A stretch of DNA of 64,000 nt from positions 23,018,613 through 23,082,612 of the forward strand of contig NC_092392.1 of NCBI RefSeq assembly GCF_030028105.1, written 5' to 3'. This DNA comes from Mobula birostris. Its lineage: Eukaryota. The translations under genes were made by a program, and so were the position numbers. Below, piece after piece: positions 37,418-49,767 of this stretch (position 1 is the first letter of the stretch; each line of letters opens with the position of its first letter). The notes beneath the pieces are model-generated. The model saw nothing but the letters and a program-made list of their open reading frames with translations, had not been told where the DNA came from and did not search any database.

Positions 37418-39296
37418 TTCATTAATATCATTTTCATTGTTATCCTTTTGGAAAACCAATCTACCCTCCTTCCCAATCTGGTCTAGTGTGACTCCAGATT
37501 AACAGCATTGTTTTTAACTGTTAAATGAGTTTAACCCTAAACTATCCTTTGAAATAGCCTCCCACTCCAAAGATATGTAGTAAAGGCTAGACTTGCTTTC
37601 ATCCTGCGAAAAATAAATGTCAAAATTGGCAACATTGACTGCAGAACAATGGAGACAATGGTTATTAAATCAACCATCTGAGGTTGTTTTATGTTGCATA
37701 CTGCTTTCAAGTTTTTCCATCCCCATATTCTGCTAGCAATGAGAACTGTCCAATCCATATATTGTATTGCCTGTGACAAAAAAGGTTCCCTGAATCTACT
37801 GTTGATAAACAAATCTAAACTGGTCTATTAGCATAAAGATAATTAGGTTTTGTTTCAATTTGCATAAGATTAAATGTAGAACAGTTTGCCAAATGACTTT
37901 TCCTGCAAGTTTGTGGTCCTTTCCTTGGACTTTGCAGGTTTTAATTTACCAAATCATACTTTTCCCAATTCTGTCTGATTCATTCCAAAGTAACTAAACT
38001 GATAATTCTGTTTTGCAAATTATAAAAGACAACAACTCTTACATCAATGTTGAATGTTGAGCACAAGTGCTCAGGACTTTATCAATATTTCCAGGATTTA
38101 CAGAAAGAACTGAAGTCACTTCATGCCATTTGGCTTAACCACCATAGCAACAAGCAGTTTGGTGGAGGAACTCAGTGGATTGAGCAGCATCAGGGTGGTG
38201 GTGGGGGCGCGGTGAAGACATTGTCCATGTTTCAAGTTGAAACCCTGCATCAAGATTTATCAGTCTCTGATGCCACTAATTTTATTTTAAAATTCTGTAG
38301 ACTTTTTCTGTTAGCAGCTGAGACCCCACCATTAATTCATTGCTACTTAACATGGAATGAGGGGCACATGATTCTCCTCATGGATTGTTACAACAAGATA
38401 ATTTAACAAATCTGGAACTTCTTCATTTTATGCACAACGTTAACCATATCAGTTTCTTAATAAAATCAACTATGTTGTTTCCTATTATGATTACTAAAAC
38501 AAATCTGATATCCTATAAGTTTAATTTTAGATATATTTGTCTCAGTTTCTTTGTTCTTTACATTTCTTTTCATCAGATGTATCTAGAGTATACTTTATGC
38601 CTTTGCACGTTAGTCTTGAACAGTTTTGTAGTTATAACTCTCTTCCACAACCTTACCAATGTAGCTGAACAGAATCTTCACCATACACATGGGATAAAGA
38701 CACAGATTTCTACATAGGTAACAAATAAATCCCCTCTTTGCACCTAGTGCAAATGTCCCCCTCCCAAATAAATATAAATATGTTCTATAAGGTATTAGAA
38801 GTTTTATCATACATGAATAAATAGATTCAAACATTTGACTATGATAAGGCAATGATATTAGTGAACAAACTATTTCCCATGAAATTTACAAGTAATGATG
38901 ATTTGAAATCACAGAGTGCAGCAGTATAAACAACTGGTGTCTATTCAGACAGTATGCAGTGAGAAGTCATTTGGCATAAGCGGTCTGGAAATTGATCACA
39001 TTATTTATTCAATGACTGGTAGCTTAATACATCAGAGCATATAGGTGCAATTGCCAAAGAAAAAGAAATGAGAGGGAGTCGGGGCTAACCTCATGGGTTC
39101 ACGGCAGTCTGTTCAACATGTAACTAAGTGTATCTCCCTTTGAAGGTAGGTACAGGAACATAATTGGCTTTAGAGGAACAACAGTGATCTACTGGAAGAA
39201 TTGAATAGGTCAAGCAGCACCTATTGGAGGAAAGGAACTGCTGACATTTTGAATTGAAACCCTGCATCAGAATTGGTCTATAGACTTTGTTTAGTG

Positions 39297-39470
39297 TCTC
39301 TTTTCTCTCTGTCTTCCCTCTCTCACTCTCACTCTTTCTCTCTCACTTTCTCTCTCACTCTTCCTCTCTCTCTCTCTCTCATTTTCTCTCCTTTTTTCTC
39401 TCTCTTTCTCTCTAACTCTCACTTTCTCTCTTATTCTCTCCCTTCACTCTTTCTGTCTATTTCTCTTTCA
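39297..39470. repeat. Degenerate (CT)n polypyrimidine tract
   Basis: Directly visible. Confidence 0.9.
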
Positions 39471-40724
39471 TCACCATCTCATGGAAGGAGAGGGTCAACA
39501 ATACAGCAATGGAAGCAGAAATAGTGAGAAAATAATAGTCTGATGTTTTAAGGAGAAAAGTAAATACAATAAAGGCATTAAAGGTACATTCTTGTCTCAG
39601 CTCCCATCAGTTCTCACAATTCCCTGAACTAGGGAGGCAGGTCTTTACATCTATAAGCTGGCTCTGGATGTTCTCCCAGAAAGGCCTGGAGTGATTCCAA
39701 TTAATTTTCTCTCTCCCTCTACTTACACTGAATTGCTTATTTGGGATAACACTATTTCCAGTCCTCACCATACTCCTGTTCATACCTTCAATGAATCAAA
39801 ACTCTGGTTGAGAATTTGGCAGACTCTTCCGACTCTGCCAAGAATGGTACAAGATCTGGAGTTGACATTGAATGACACTCACGGCAGTTAAGGCTGAAGA
39901 GTCAGTGGAGGGTAAGCTTGGAAGAAGAATCGTCAGAGCTGTCTAAAACATCCAAATCTCCAACTCATCGCAATTAATGTTGGAATAAATTGCTTGCAAT
40001 TTGAAGTTCAAGGGAATGCTGATTGTAGGTACGGCACAGGACCTGTTAAAATTGTTTTGTGCGGTTAGTATATTTTAGTTTTTCTTCAAATTGGCAACAT
40101 AATTATTTCAATGTAATTTTGAGATGGGAGAAACCTGCCAGTTGCAGTGAAGCAGATAATTAGTCTTTGGAATAAAGCAGTTCAGAATAATTAATACATC
40201 AAAACTCAACTAACTTTTTCTAATTATTTTTATTTAATCTCCGTCCTAATAACTGTTATACTCTACTGAGCATGATTGCACCTTGTTCATAGATTAAGCT
40301 GCACATTATTCCCGAAGTATGGGGCGATGTGGAATATTAACAAACCGTAGCGTGGAAAAATGAGAGCAGCATTAATTCCAGATAGAAAGACTAAATTGGA
40401 ATTTTTTTTTTCTTTCGACATGCGTGCACTTGGTTAGAATGCAAAGTTGGAAATTCAAGATTGTGGGGGTTGTGAAGGGAAGATCTAAAGGCTTTGTAAA
40501 GTTCAAGATGGAAAAAAAAGGCTTAACATTATGATCTAGGCTATTAGATACCTAACTAGGGAATCCTTGGGATTGCATAACCAAGTGCATAGTCTTGCAG
40601 TAGCTTAAATCACAGAATATAATGACGCAGAAAAAGTCCCTTCATCCCTTCATGTTTATGCCAGCCCAATTTATCTCTCTTCCCAATAGTAAACCCATAG
40701 CCTAGTACATACCCCATTACAGTT

Positions 40725-40950
40725 TAATTATTTATAGATACAGCATCGTAAGAGGCCCTTATGGCCCAATAAGTCCATACCACCTATTACACCCATATGA
40801 CCAAATAAACTACTAATCCCTATGTCTTTCAAGTATGGGAAAAACTGGAGCACCTGGAAGAAACCCATATGGTCATGAAGTGAATGTACCAACTCCTTAG
40901 AAACAGCAGCAGGAATTTAATACAAGTCGCTGGCTACTCTACGCCACTGC
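40725..40950 (-). mobile_element. V-SINE/HE1-like SINE
   Basis: GGGAAAAACTGGAGCACCTGGAAGAAACCCAT, reverse of the V domain. Confidence 0.65.
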
Positions 40951-40963
40951 CTCTGTTCAAGGT

Positions 40964-41577
40964 GGGAGGAGAAGATGGCGGCGCGACGCAGCGCGCGCAG
41001 CTCTCCAGTGAAATTATATAGGGGCTGCGGACAATTCTGGTTTGATGGAGACAGACGTGAAAGCGCGGAGAAGCAGCTGGAGAAATTTCTGAAAGGCCGG
41101 TTCGCTGCCGGCGTTACTGGGTGATCGAGAATCTTCTGGAGGAAAGGCCCCAAAATCCCTGGCTTTGCCTGCTGCTGGCGACCGAGGCTGAGGTCAAATC
41201 GTTCGGATAGAGATAGTGCTCGGTACTCAGTGTCGGAGGGCTGATTGGAGGCTCGACGTTTTCGGACGACTCAGAGTCAGACTGTGGTCGGACATAACAT
41301 GTAGAGTTTTCTTCCTTCTCCTGTCTGTGTGAGATGTGGGGCATTCGAGAGACTTTGAACTTTTTTACTGTGTCATGGCCTGTTCTTCATCAAGTTATGG
41401 TATTGTTGTACTGTTGTAACTATATGTTATAATTATGTGGTTTTTGTTAGTTTTTCAGTCTTGGTCTGTCCCGTGTTTTTGTGATATCACACTGCAGGAA
41501 TATTGTATCATTTCTTAATGCATGCATTACTAAATGACAATAAAAGAGGACTACGTGTCCTCGTAATCTAAATCTAA
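40964..41577 (+). mobile_element. Non-autonomous retroposon, CpG-rich 5' end, (ATCTA)n tail
   Basis: GGGAGGAGAAGATGGCGGCGCGACGCAGCG start; collinear with 46463-47114; ends ATGACAATAAAAGAGGACT...AATCTAAATCTAA. Confidence 0.8.
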
Positions 41578-41579
41578 AA

Positions 41580-41752
41580 TTGTTCAGATATTTAAGAGAC
41601 TCCTAGATAGGCATATGGACATAACATCAATGAAGGGCTATGTGCTGCTTAGGAGAGAAGATTTAGATTGATCATGGAGTAGATGTATATAGGTTGGCAC
41701 AAGATTGTAGGCTGAAGGGCCTTGACTATACTGTATTGTTCTATGTTCTATT
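41580..41752 (+). mobile_element. CR1 3' UTR fragment
   Basis: ATTTAAGAGACTCCTAGATAGG...GGCTGAAGGGCC...TTCTATGTTCTAT. Confidence 0.7.
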
Positions 41753-42319
41753 TCATTGACACTGGCAAGGTATTCTGCTTCCAACTTTCTTAACAGCCAG
41801 TGAGTTTGAAACTCCTGCTGCTCTGTAACAAAATTTTTCTTCAGCTAGCATCTAACCTATTGGACTAATTACATTAATCCTATCCCCCTTACAGGAAAGT
41901 TAGGATCATTCAATAGCTGTCATCCTTCAAATCAAATTTAATGCTGTAATGCAGGAAAATGTAGACTTTTTCTGCATTACCGCACTTCAGAAGTGCTTCA
42001 CAGATTGTATGGGATGTACTAAAGGTGATATGCAAAAGCAATGGAAACTAGACATGCTGTAATACCTAGTGATTTAGTAGCATCTGTGGAAAACTTGATG
42101 ACCTTTGATCACAAAGTTAGTTGACTTAAAATGGTAAATAACTTCGACAATGAACAGTCTGGTGGAGGAACTTAGCAGCTCTACAAAATTCAACCCATTG
42201 AGTTCCTCCAGCAGGTTGTTTGTTGCTCCAGATTCCAGATCTGCAATCTCTTGTCTCTTCATTAAATCTCCTTTTCTCTCTATAGATACCAGCTGACCTG
42301 CTGAGTAACTTTACAACTG

Positions 42320-42690
42320 AGACTTTATATTCCTTGGTATAATCATTTCAGAGGATCTGTCCTGGGTAAATGCCACTACAAAGAAGACAAGGCAGCGTGT
42401 CTCGACTTCCTTGAAGTTTGCAAAAAATCGGCTTGTCATCTAAAACTTTGAGAAATTTCTATATATGCATGTTGGAGAGTATGCTGACTAGTTGCATCAT
42501 GGCCTGGTATGGAAACATTAATGTCCTTGAATGGAAAAGTCTGCAGAAAGTAGTGGGCACATCGCAGTCCTTCCCACTATTGAGCACATCTACAAGGAGC
42601 GTTGTCACAGAAAAGCAGCGTGCATCATCAAGGACCCAGAAAATTTATTTCAAGAACAGTTATTATCCCTCAAACATCAGGCTCCTGAAC
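42320..42690 (+). mobile_element. Rex/Babar-like LINE 3' fragment
   Basis: TLRNFYICMLESMLTSCIMAWYGN...FKNSYYPSNIRLLN. Confidence 0.8.
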
Positions 42691-42744
42691 CTATTTTTTG
42701 TTTCCTGGGTCAATCCTTTAATCAATTTTGCTGCTGCAAAAATC

Positions 42745-43330
42745 AAAGTAAGTTTATTATCAAAATACAAATATGTCACTGTATAAAACCCTCAGATTCA
42801 TTTTGCTGTTCGTATACGCAATAAATCCAATAACTATAATAGAATTAATGGAAGACTGCGCCAACAGGGTGGACAATCAGTGTGCCAAAGACAACAAACT
42901 GTATAAATAAAAAAAAAGAATAAATAAATAAATAAGTAGTATATATTGAGAAAACAAGGTATGTATCTACAATATCTATATCCATAGTTAATCAAAGCTT
43001 TAGATGTCATGCTGAATCTTCTCAAACTTTGAAATGAAGCAGAGGCTGGAAAGTAACATACTTGGCACAGGACAAGTCCTCTGAAATGATAACACCAAAG
43101 AATTTAAAGTTGCTGACCCTCTCCACCTCTGATACTCACATGGACCTCTAGTTTTCTTCTCCTGTAGTCAATAATCAGCTCCTTGGTCTTGCTAATATTA
43201 TGAGATTGTTGTTGTTGCACCACTCAGCCAGATTTTCAAACTCCTTCCTACATGCAGATTTGACACCACCTTTGATTCAGTTAACAACAGTGGTGTCATC
43301 AGCAAACTTAAATATGCCATTGGATCTGTG
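42745..43330 (-). mobile_element. Rex/Babar-like LINE fragments
   Basis: Reverse-strand DDTTVV-type RT motif (ACAGTGGTGTCATCAGC) and family 3' UTR. Confidence 0.7.
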
Positions 43331-43594
43331 CAAGTCCTTTCCTTTATTTCTGTTTCAAACAGAAAGGACATTTCAAAAGGGAGCATTTTTATTTTACTTC
43401 TCAATTATCTGTTGTCAGGATCAAACTGAATGTCATTACTTGTGGATCAAAATTTGCCCATGATATTTCCACATGGTCATTAAACCCATGAGATCTCTGA
43501 CTGTTATTTGTAGTGGGTATTTAACTCATGAAATCTGGCATATCCCAATCACCTCTTACCAATTTTTAATGATGCACCATAGAAAACATCAGAA

Positions 43595-45830
43595 GCAAGA
43601 GAAAAACTGTAGGTGCTGTAAATCCAAACAACACAACAAAAAGCTAGAGGAATGCAAAAGGCCAGGCAACATCTATGGAAAAGAGTACAGTCGACATTTC
43701 TAGCTGAGACCCTTCATCAGGACTGGAGAAAGATGAAAAGTCAAAGTACGAAGGTGGGGGTTGAGAGGAGGAACAAGTTAAAGGTAGTAGGTGATAGGTG
43801 AAACCAGGAGGAGGAAAGGTGAAGTAAAGAGCTGGGAAATCGAATGCTGAAAGAGATAAAGGACTGGAGAAGGGAGAGGACAGAAGACTATGGAAGAAAG
43901 AGAAGGGAGAAGAGCACCAGAGGGAGGTGATGAGCAGGTAAGGAAATAAGATGAGAGAGGGAAATGGGAATGGGGATTGGTGAAAGGGGGGGGGGGGGCG
44001 GTGTTATTGGAAATTCGAGAAATTGATCTTCATGCCATCTGGTTTGAGGCTGCCCAGACAGTATACAAGGTGCTGCTCCTCCAACCTGAGTGTTGCCTCA
44101 TCACATTAGTAGAGACCAACATATCGGAATGGGAGCGGGAAGTAGAATTAAAATGGTTAGCCACCGGGAGATTCTGCTTTTTCTGGTGGATGGAACATAG
44201 GTGCTTGGCGAAGCGGTCTCCCAATCTACGTCGGGTTTCATTGATATACAGGAGGTCACTTTGGGAGCACCGGGTACAGTAGATGCCCCAACGGACTCAC
44301 AGTTGAAGTGTTTCCTCAGCTGGAAAGATTGTTTGGAGCTCTGAATGGTAGTGAGGAAAGAGGTGTAGGCACAAGTGTAGCACTTGTTCCACTTGCAAGG
44401 ATAAGTACCAGGAGGGAGGATCAGTGGGGAGGGACGAATGGACAAGAGAGTCGCGTAGGGAGTGATTTTTGCAGAAAGCAGAGAGTGGGGGGGAGGTGGT
44501 TTGGAGGGAAAGATGTGCTTGGTGGTGGGATCCCATTGGAGATGGTGGAAGTACTGAAGAATTAGGTGCTGGGCATGGAAGCTGGTGGGGGTGGTAGGTG
44601 AGGACAAGAGGAACCCTATCCCTGGGGTGGAGGGCAGCATTGATGATTGAAGAAGGAAGGCCCCTTTCTTTGAAGAAGGAGGACATCTCCTTACTTCTGG
44701 AATGGAAAGCCTCATCTTGAGAGCAGATGCAGTAGAGTAAAATGAACTGGCATTTTTACAAATTATAGGGTGGGAAGAGGTATAGCCCAGATAGCTGTGA
44801 AAATCAGTGGGCTTATAAAAGCTCATAAAAGAGCTTAGGAGAGTCAATGGCACCTAATGGTGACTCCTTTGTTTGCATCTTCGCAAACACTTCCATTTCT
44901 ATCTTTAATGTCTCTATTTTTTTCCCTTTCAGGGTTCTTTTGAAGACCCTGACCTAGAGTTACACGCTGACTACAATCGTTACAGGAATGGGACACGCTC
45001 TGGGGGTTTCGCATCTGGGCATTATTTGACATGACAAAGGCGCGGCCTAACAGCTTCACTCACCTTTGGAGGTCCGGGATTTCATGGCTCTGGAGACGGT
45101 GGGATGGAAGGTTGATGTCCGGGCAAGAGATCAGTGTGTCGTGACAGTCAGAAGATCTAAGGCTGTGTGCCCAGAGACCTGAGATCTTTGGGCACAGAGC
45201 TCGGAAAAGGCGACGCAATGGACTTTTAACATCATAAACTAGCGGGTTGTTTGTTACGTCTCCCCTCTCGCTGGAAATGGAGACATCTCTTTCTCCCTTA
45301 TCAGGGACAGAGAGCCTGTGGTGTCGAAATCTGGGTGAATGAGCTGTCTTTGGGGTACTGCAAGTCTGCGTCTTTGCTGTTGCTTGCTGCACACTTGAAT
45401 GCTCAGTGGTTGGTGCTGATGTATTTTTTTGCTGGTGGGGAGAGGGGGAATTGTTGCTTGCTGCCGCTTACATGCGGGATGGAGGAGAGCTGGGAGGGAC
45501 TTTGGGGTTCTAACATTTCACTGTCATTCATTCTTTGGGGCACTCTGCTTTTGTGGATGGATGAGAAGAAAAGCATTTCAGGATGTATATTGTATACATT
45601 TCTCTGATATTAAATGTACCTTTGAAACCTTTGATATTAGTAGACAAGCTGTCTCCAGATAGAGACAGGGAGATCAGGGAAGTGGAGGGAGGTGTCGGAA
45701 ATGGACCTGGTAAATTTAAGGGCAGGGTGGAGGTTGGAAATAAAGTTGATGAAGTCAACGAGCTCAGCATGGGTGCAGGAAGCAGCACCAATACAGCCAT
45801 CAATGTAGCGTAGGAAAAGTTGAGGAGTAT
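43595..45830 (-). mobile_element. Penelope-like element (RT end, GIY-YIG endonuclease region, terminal repeat), interrupted
   Basis: YKPTDFHSYLGYTSSHP; GTYPCKWNKCYTC; GDRFAKHL...LPVANHFNSTSRSHSDM; hammerhead motif at 43687-43726; split by 44823-45633. Confidence 0.9.
44823..45633 (+). mobile_element. Non-autonomous retroposon nested in Penelope
   Basis: Non-coding; related to 18956-19673; tail CCTTTGAAACCTTTGA. Confidence 0.65.
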
Positions 45831-46462
45831 GTAGCCAGTTTGGTTATCACCAATGTTAACAACTAAGCATATGCTTCCTATATCCGCACAATTACATTTG
45901 CTCACTATCTTTTTTGTTATCCGGGAAGCTCTGTCTTTAATTTCCCAACCAATCTCCTTCAGGGAAATGTATAGTATGTGGACTGTCACTGCTAGATCTT
46001 TACATTAATGCTCCCCCATTGTTCAGGTTTAGTTGCCTGCCAGACTTTACTTCCAGTTTACCCAGGCCAGATCTGATCCTGTTCCATTCTAGTGGCCCCT
46101 CTCCAATTGACTGTGTTTTCCTTGGCTTGCTCTTTATCCTTTTCCACAATATATTGATTCCTGCTTTTGAAATCATTCCCCACTGATATTCACTCACTCA
46201 CCTGGCTCATTTCCCAGAAATAAGACCAGCCATTCCACCCTCCAGTAGGTCAGGAGCACACTAGTTGAGGTGGTTTTAGAATCAGAGAATCACGCAGCAC
46301 AGAAACAGGTTCCTCAGCTCCACCCTGGCCATACTGACCATCAACGTACGAATCTCACTTACCAGCACCTGGTCTGTAGCACCAGTCTTATTGATTCAAT
46401 TGTTTGTCTAGATAGTTCTTAAATGTTGTCAGATTCTTTCTACTCTGGCACTGTGCTCTAAA

Positions 46463-47114
46463 GGGAGGAGAAGATGGTGGTGCGACGCAGCGCACGCGGC
46501 CGTTCCGAATGAATACCGTATGTGTTAACTAGGGGGCCGTGCACAATCCTGATTTGATGGAGACAATCATGAGAAGCATGGAGGAACACCTGGAGTAACT
46601 TCTGAAATGCCGTTTCGCTGCCGCTGCAACTGTGCAATCGAGGATCTCCGGAGGGGAGGCCCCAAACCCTCAGCTTTGTCTATTGTCTGTTGCCAGGGCC
46701 GGGGTCGAAGCGCTCGGCAGAGATGGTGCTCGGTGCTCGGTGTCGGAGAGCTGGTCGGAGGCTCGGAGTTTTCGGACAGACTCAGAGTCGGACTGTGGTC
46801 AGATGCTTCCAGTCTGCTGCATCGGCAAGTTTGCGGCGCTGGAGGTTCACCGTCTGCGTGAGATGATGGGACTTTCGAGGGACTTTGAGACTTTTACCGT
46901 GCCATGGTCTGTTCTTATCAAATTACGGTATTGTTTTGCACTGTTGTAACTATATGTTATAGTTATGTGTTTTTTGTTAGTTTTTAAGTCGGTTTGTCAT
47001 GTGTTTCCATGATACCATTCTGGAAAAACATTGTATCATTTCTTAATGCATGCATTACTAAATGACAATAAGAGAGGACTGCGTGTCTTCATAATCTAAT
47101 CTAATCTAGTCTAA
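46463..47114 (+). mobile_element. Second copy of the 40964-41577 non-autonomous retroposon
   Basis: Same start (GGGAGGAGAAGATGGTGG) and (ATCTA)n tail; collinear. Confidence 0.8.
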
Positions 47115-47384
47115 TTTCAACTCACCCTCCAAGCGAAAAATATTTTCCTTCAATCCTTTCTAATCCTTTTACTCCATATCTAAAACCTATGCCCTCTTAA
47201 TATAGAAACATCAGCTACCTCGTTATGACCTTGCACTTCCTGCACTGCACTTTCTCTGTACTTGTTACACTTTATTCAGTATTGTTGTTGTTATTGTTTT
47301 ACCTTATCCTGCCTCAATGCACTGTCTAATGATTTGATCTGTATGAACAGTATGCAAGACAAGCTTTTCACTGTATCACAGTAG

Positions 47385-47700
47385 AGTAGCGGTTAGCCTA
47401 ACGCTTTACCAGTGCCAGTTGTAAAATTGGGGTTCAATTGCCACTTTTGTCTGTAAGGAGTTTGTATGTTCTCTCTGTAACTGTATGGGTTTCCTCTGGG
47501 TTCTCTGGTTTCCTCCCACATTCCAAATACTTACGGGCTATGGCTAGTAAGTGGTGGGCATGCTATGTTGGCACAGGCATGCCAACACTTATGGGCTGCC
47601 TCCAGCATATATTTTGACTGTGTTGGTCATCGACGCAAACAACACACTTCACTGTATGCTTCGACGTTTCGATGTACATGTGCAAATAAACAAGTCTTAA
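47385..47700 (+). mobile_element. V-SINE/HE1-like SINE
   Basis: GTAGCGGTTAG...GGGGTTCAATTGCC head followed by the V domain. Confidence 0.75.
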
Positions 47701-47934
47701 AGACACTATCTGTCTTTGATTCAATGTCAACAAAAGACATGGTCTTGTTATTATCATTTTGCCAATTGTGGAAATTTGCCTTGAACAAAGTCATTGCTAT
47801 GATCCTAATGTTGTAACAGTGGTAATTCTTTAAGTATCATTCAAACTTCTTAGGTTGTACAGTTTATTCTCGCTTATAGGTTTGACGAGCTTGGTCTCCA
47901 GCAGAGGAGAGAATAAATTTCAAAATGTATTATT

Positions 47935-48428
47935 AGGTGTCTGTCTCTGGCCTCCTCCAACCTGTTGGCATGAACATTGATTTCTCCAACTTCTGGCAAA
48001 TTCTCGACCCCTCCTTCCTTTATCGTTTTTCCATTCCCCATTCTGGTTACACTCTCACCTCTTCTATTTTTCTCGTCACCTCCCTCTGGTTCCTCTCCTC
48101 CTGTTCCTTCCATGATCTACTGTCCTTTCCTATTATATTCCTTCTTCAGCTCTTTACGTCTTCTATTTATCACCTCCCAGCTTCTCACATCATCCCCACC
48201 CCCACCTCCCAGCTCACCTCGTCTCAACTATTATCTGTCAGCTTGTCAGCTACCATCACCCCACCACCCTTCTTATTTCTCCTTCCTTTCCAGAATTGAT
48301 GAAGGGTTGTGACCCAAAACACCAACTGTTTATTTCTCTCCACAGATGCTGCCTGAGCAGCTGAGTTCCTTCAGCATTCTGTGTATGTTGCTTGAGATTT
48401 CCAGCATCTGCAGAATCTCTTGTGTTTA
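47935..48428 (+). mobile_element. Penelope 3' end / pseudo-LTR
   Basis: LQPVGMNIDFSNF ORF end, pyrimidine-rich UTR, degenerate TTGATGAAGGG...CCAAAA; inverted relative to 43595-44090. Confidence 0.8.
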
Positions 48429-48906
48429 TAAAAGATAATCTGACAAGATGGTATGATGCTGACTTATCTGAAACCCAAAATCAGAATCAGGTTTAATATT
48501 GCTAACATATGTTGTGAAATGTGTTGTCTTGCGGCAGTAATACAGTGCATACAAAAAAATACTATAAATTACAATACAAAAAATATATATTTTTAAACAA
48601 AACTTAAATAATCAGAGCAAAAGAGAGCAGAAATATTCTGGTAGTGTTTATGGTTTGGCTCATTGTTGATTCAGAAATCGAAGATGTTCCTAAAATGTTA
48701 AGTGTGTTTCTTCAGCCTTATGCATTAACTGGGCTATCACTGATGTGGTCCAAAAGACCTGTGTGAGAGTTCCAGGGAACAGAGAAGTGAAATGTCCTGT
48801 ATTGTGCTTGAATCAGCTACTGGCATTTGGCACCGACTGTGTGAAAATCATGAGGATCAAAGCTCAAGAAATGGGGCATGCCATTGTGCCTGTCATTACG
48901 TAGAAT

Positions 48907-49459
48907 TATACTCAGGCTCGCATTATTCGGTACCTCCCATGCAAAATAAAGTGGCTATTTGTGATCTTCTGCTGCTGTAGTCCATGTAGTGCATTCAGAG
49001 ATGCTCTTCTGCACAGCACTGTTGTAATATGTGCTTATTTGAGTTACCGTCTGAGTTGAGTTACAGATTGAACCACTCTGGCTAGTCCTCCCAGAACTCT
49101 CTGATTAACAAAGTGCTTTCACCCACAGAACTCCTGCTCAGTAGATGCATTTTTGTTTTCCACCCATTCTTTGTCTACGCTAGAGAATGTTGTGCCTGAA
49201 AATCCCAGTAGTTCAGCAGTTTCTGAGAAATTCAAACCATCCTGTTTGGCACCAACGATCATTTCACAGTCAACGTCACTTAGATCACATTTCTTTCCCA
49301 GTTTGATGGCTGGTGAACAACAGTTGAACCTCTTGACCATGTCTGCATGCTTTTATGCAATGAGTTGCTGCCATATAATAGGCTAATTAGATAAAGTATT
49401 TGCACTAATGAGCAAGTGTACAAATGTATATAAGTGTCATAAAGTGGACACTAAGTGTA
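48907..49459 (-). mobile_element. Non-autonomous Tc1-derived element
   Basis: Minus ORF LGKKCDLSDVDCEMIVGAKQDGLNFSETAELLGFS; degraded TIRs. Confidence 0.85.
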
Positions 49460-49767
49460 TGTGGGAAACACAGCAGAGAAATGGGCCATTTGGCCCAATA
49501 TGTCTATGGTGGGTCATCTGTTATTGCTTGAATTCAGCTAGCGTTTTTCATGTTTATTATCATTTAAATATGTTGCGAAATTTGTTGTTTTGCAACAGCA
49601 GCACACTGCAAGACATACTGTAAAATTAATGTAGGTTACAAAAACTAAATATTGCAAAAGAAGAATAGTAGAGTAATATTAGACCCGAAGAAATATGAGT
49701 AGAATTAAGCCATTTGGTCCATTCAGTCTGCTTCATCATTCCATCGTGGCTGATATATTATCCCTCT

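Noticed and set aside
39870-39920. ATG...GAG G|GTAAGC, a possible first coding exon (MTLTAVKAEESVE), and a nearby 11-bp hairpin at about 39817-39842
   Set aside because: Too short and unrecognised; such signals arise by chance in 64 kb.
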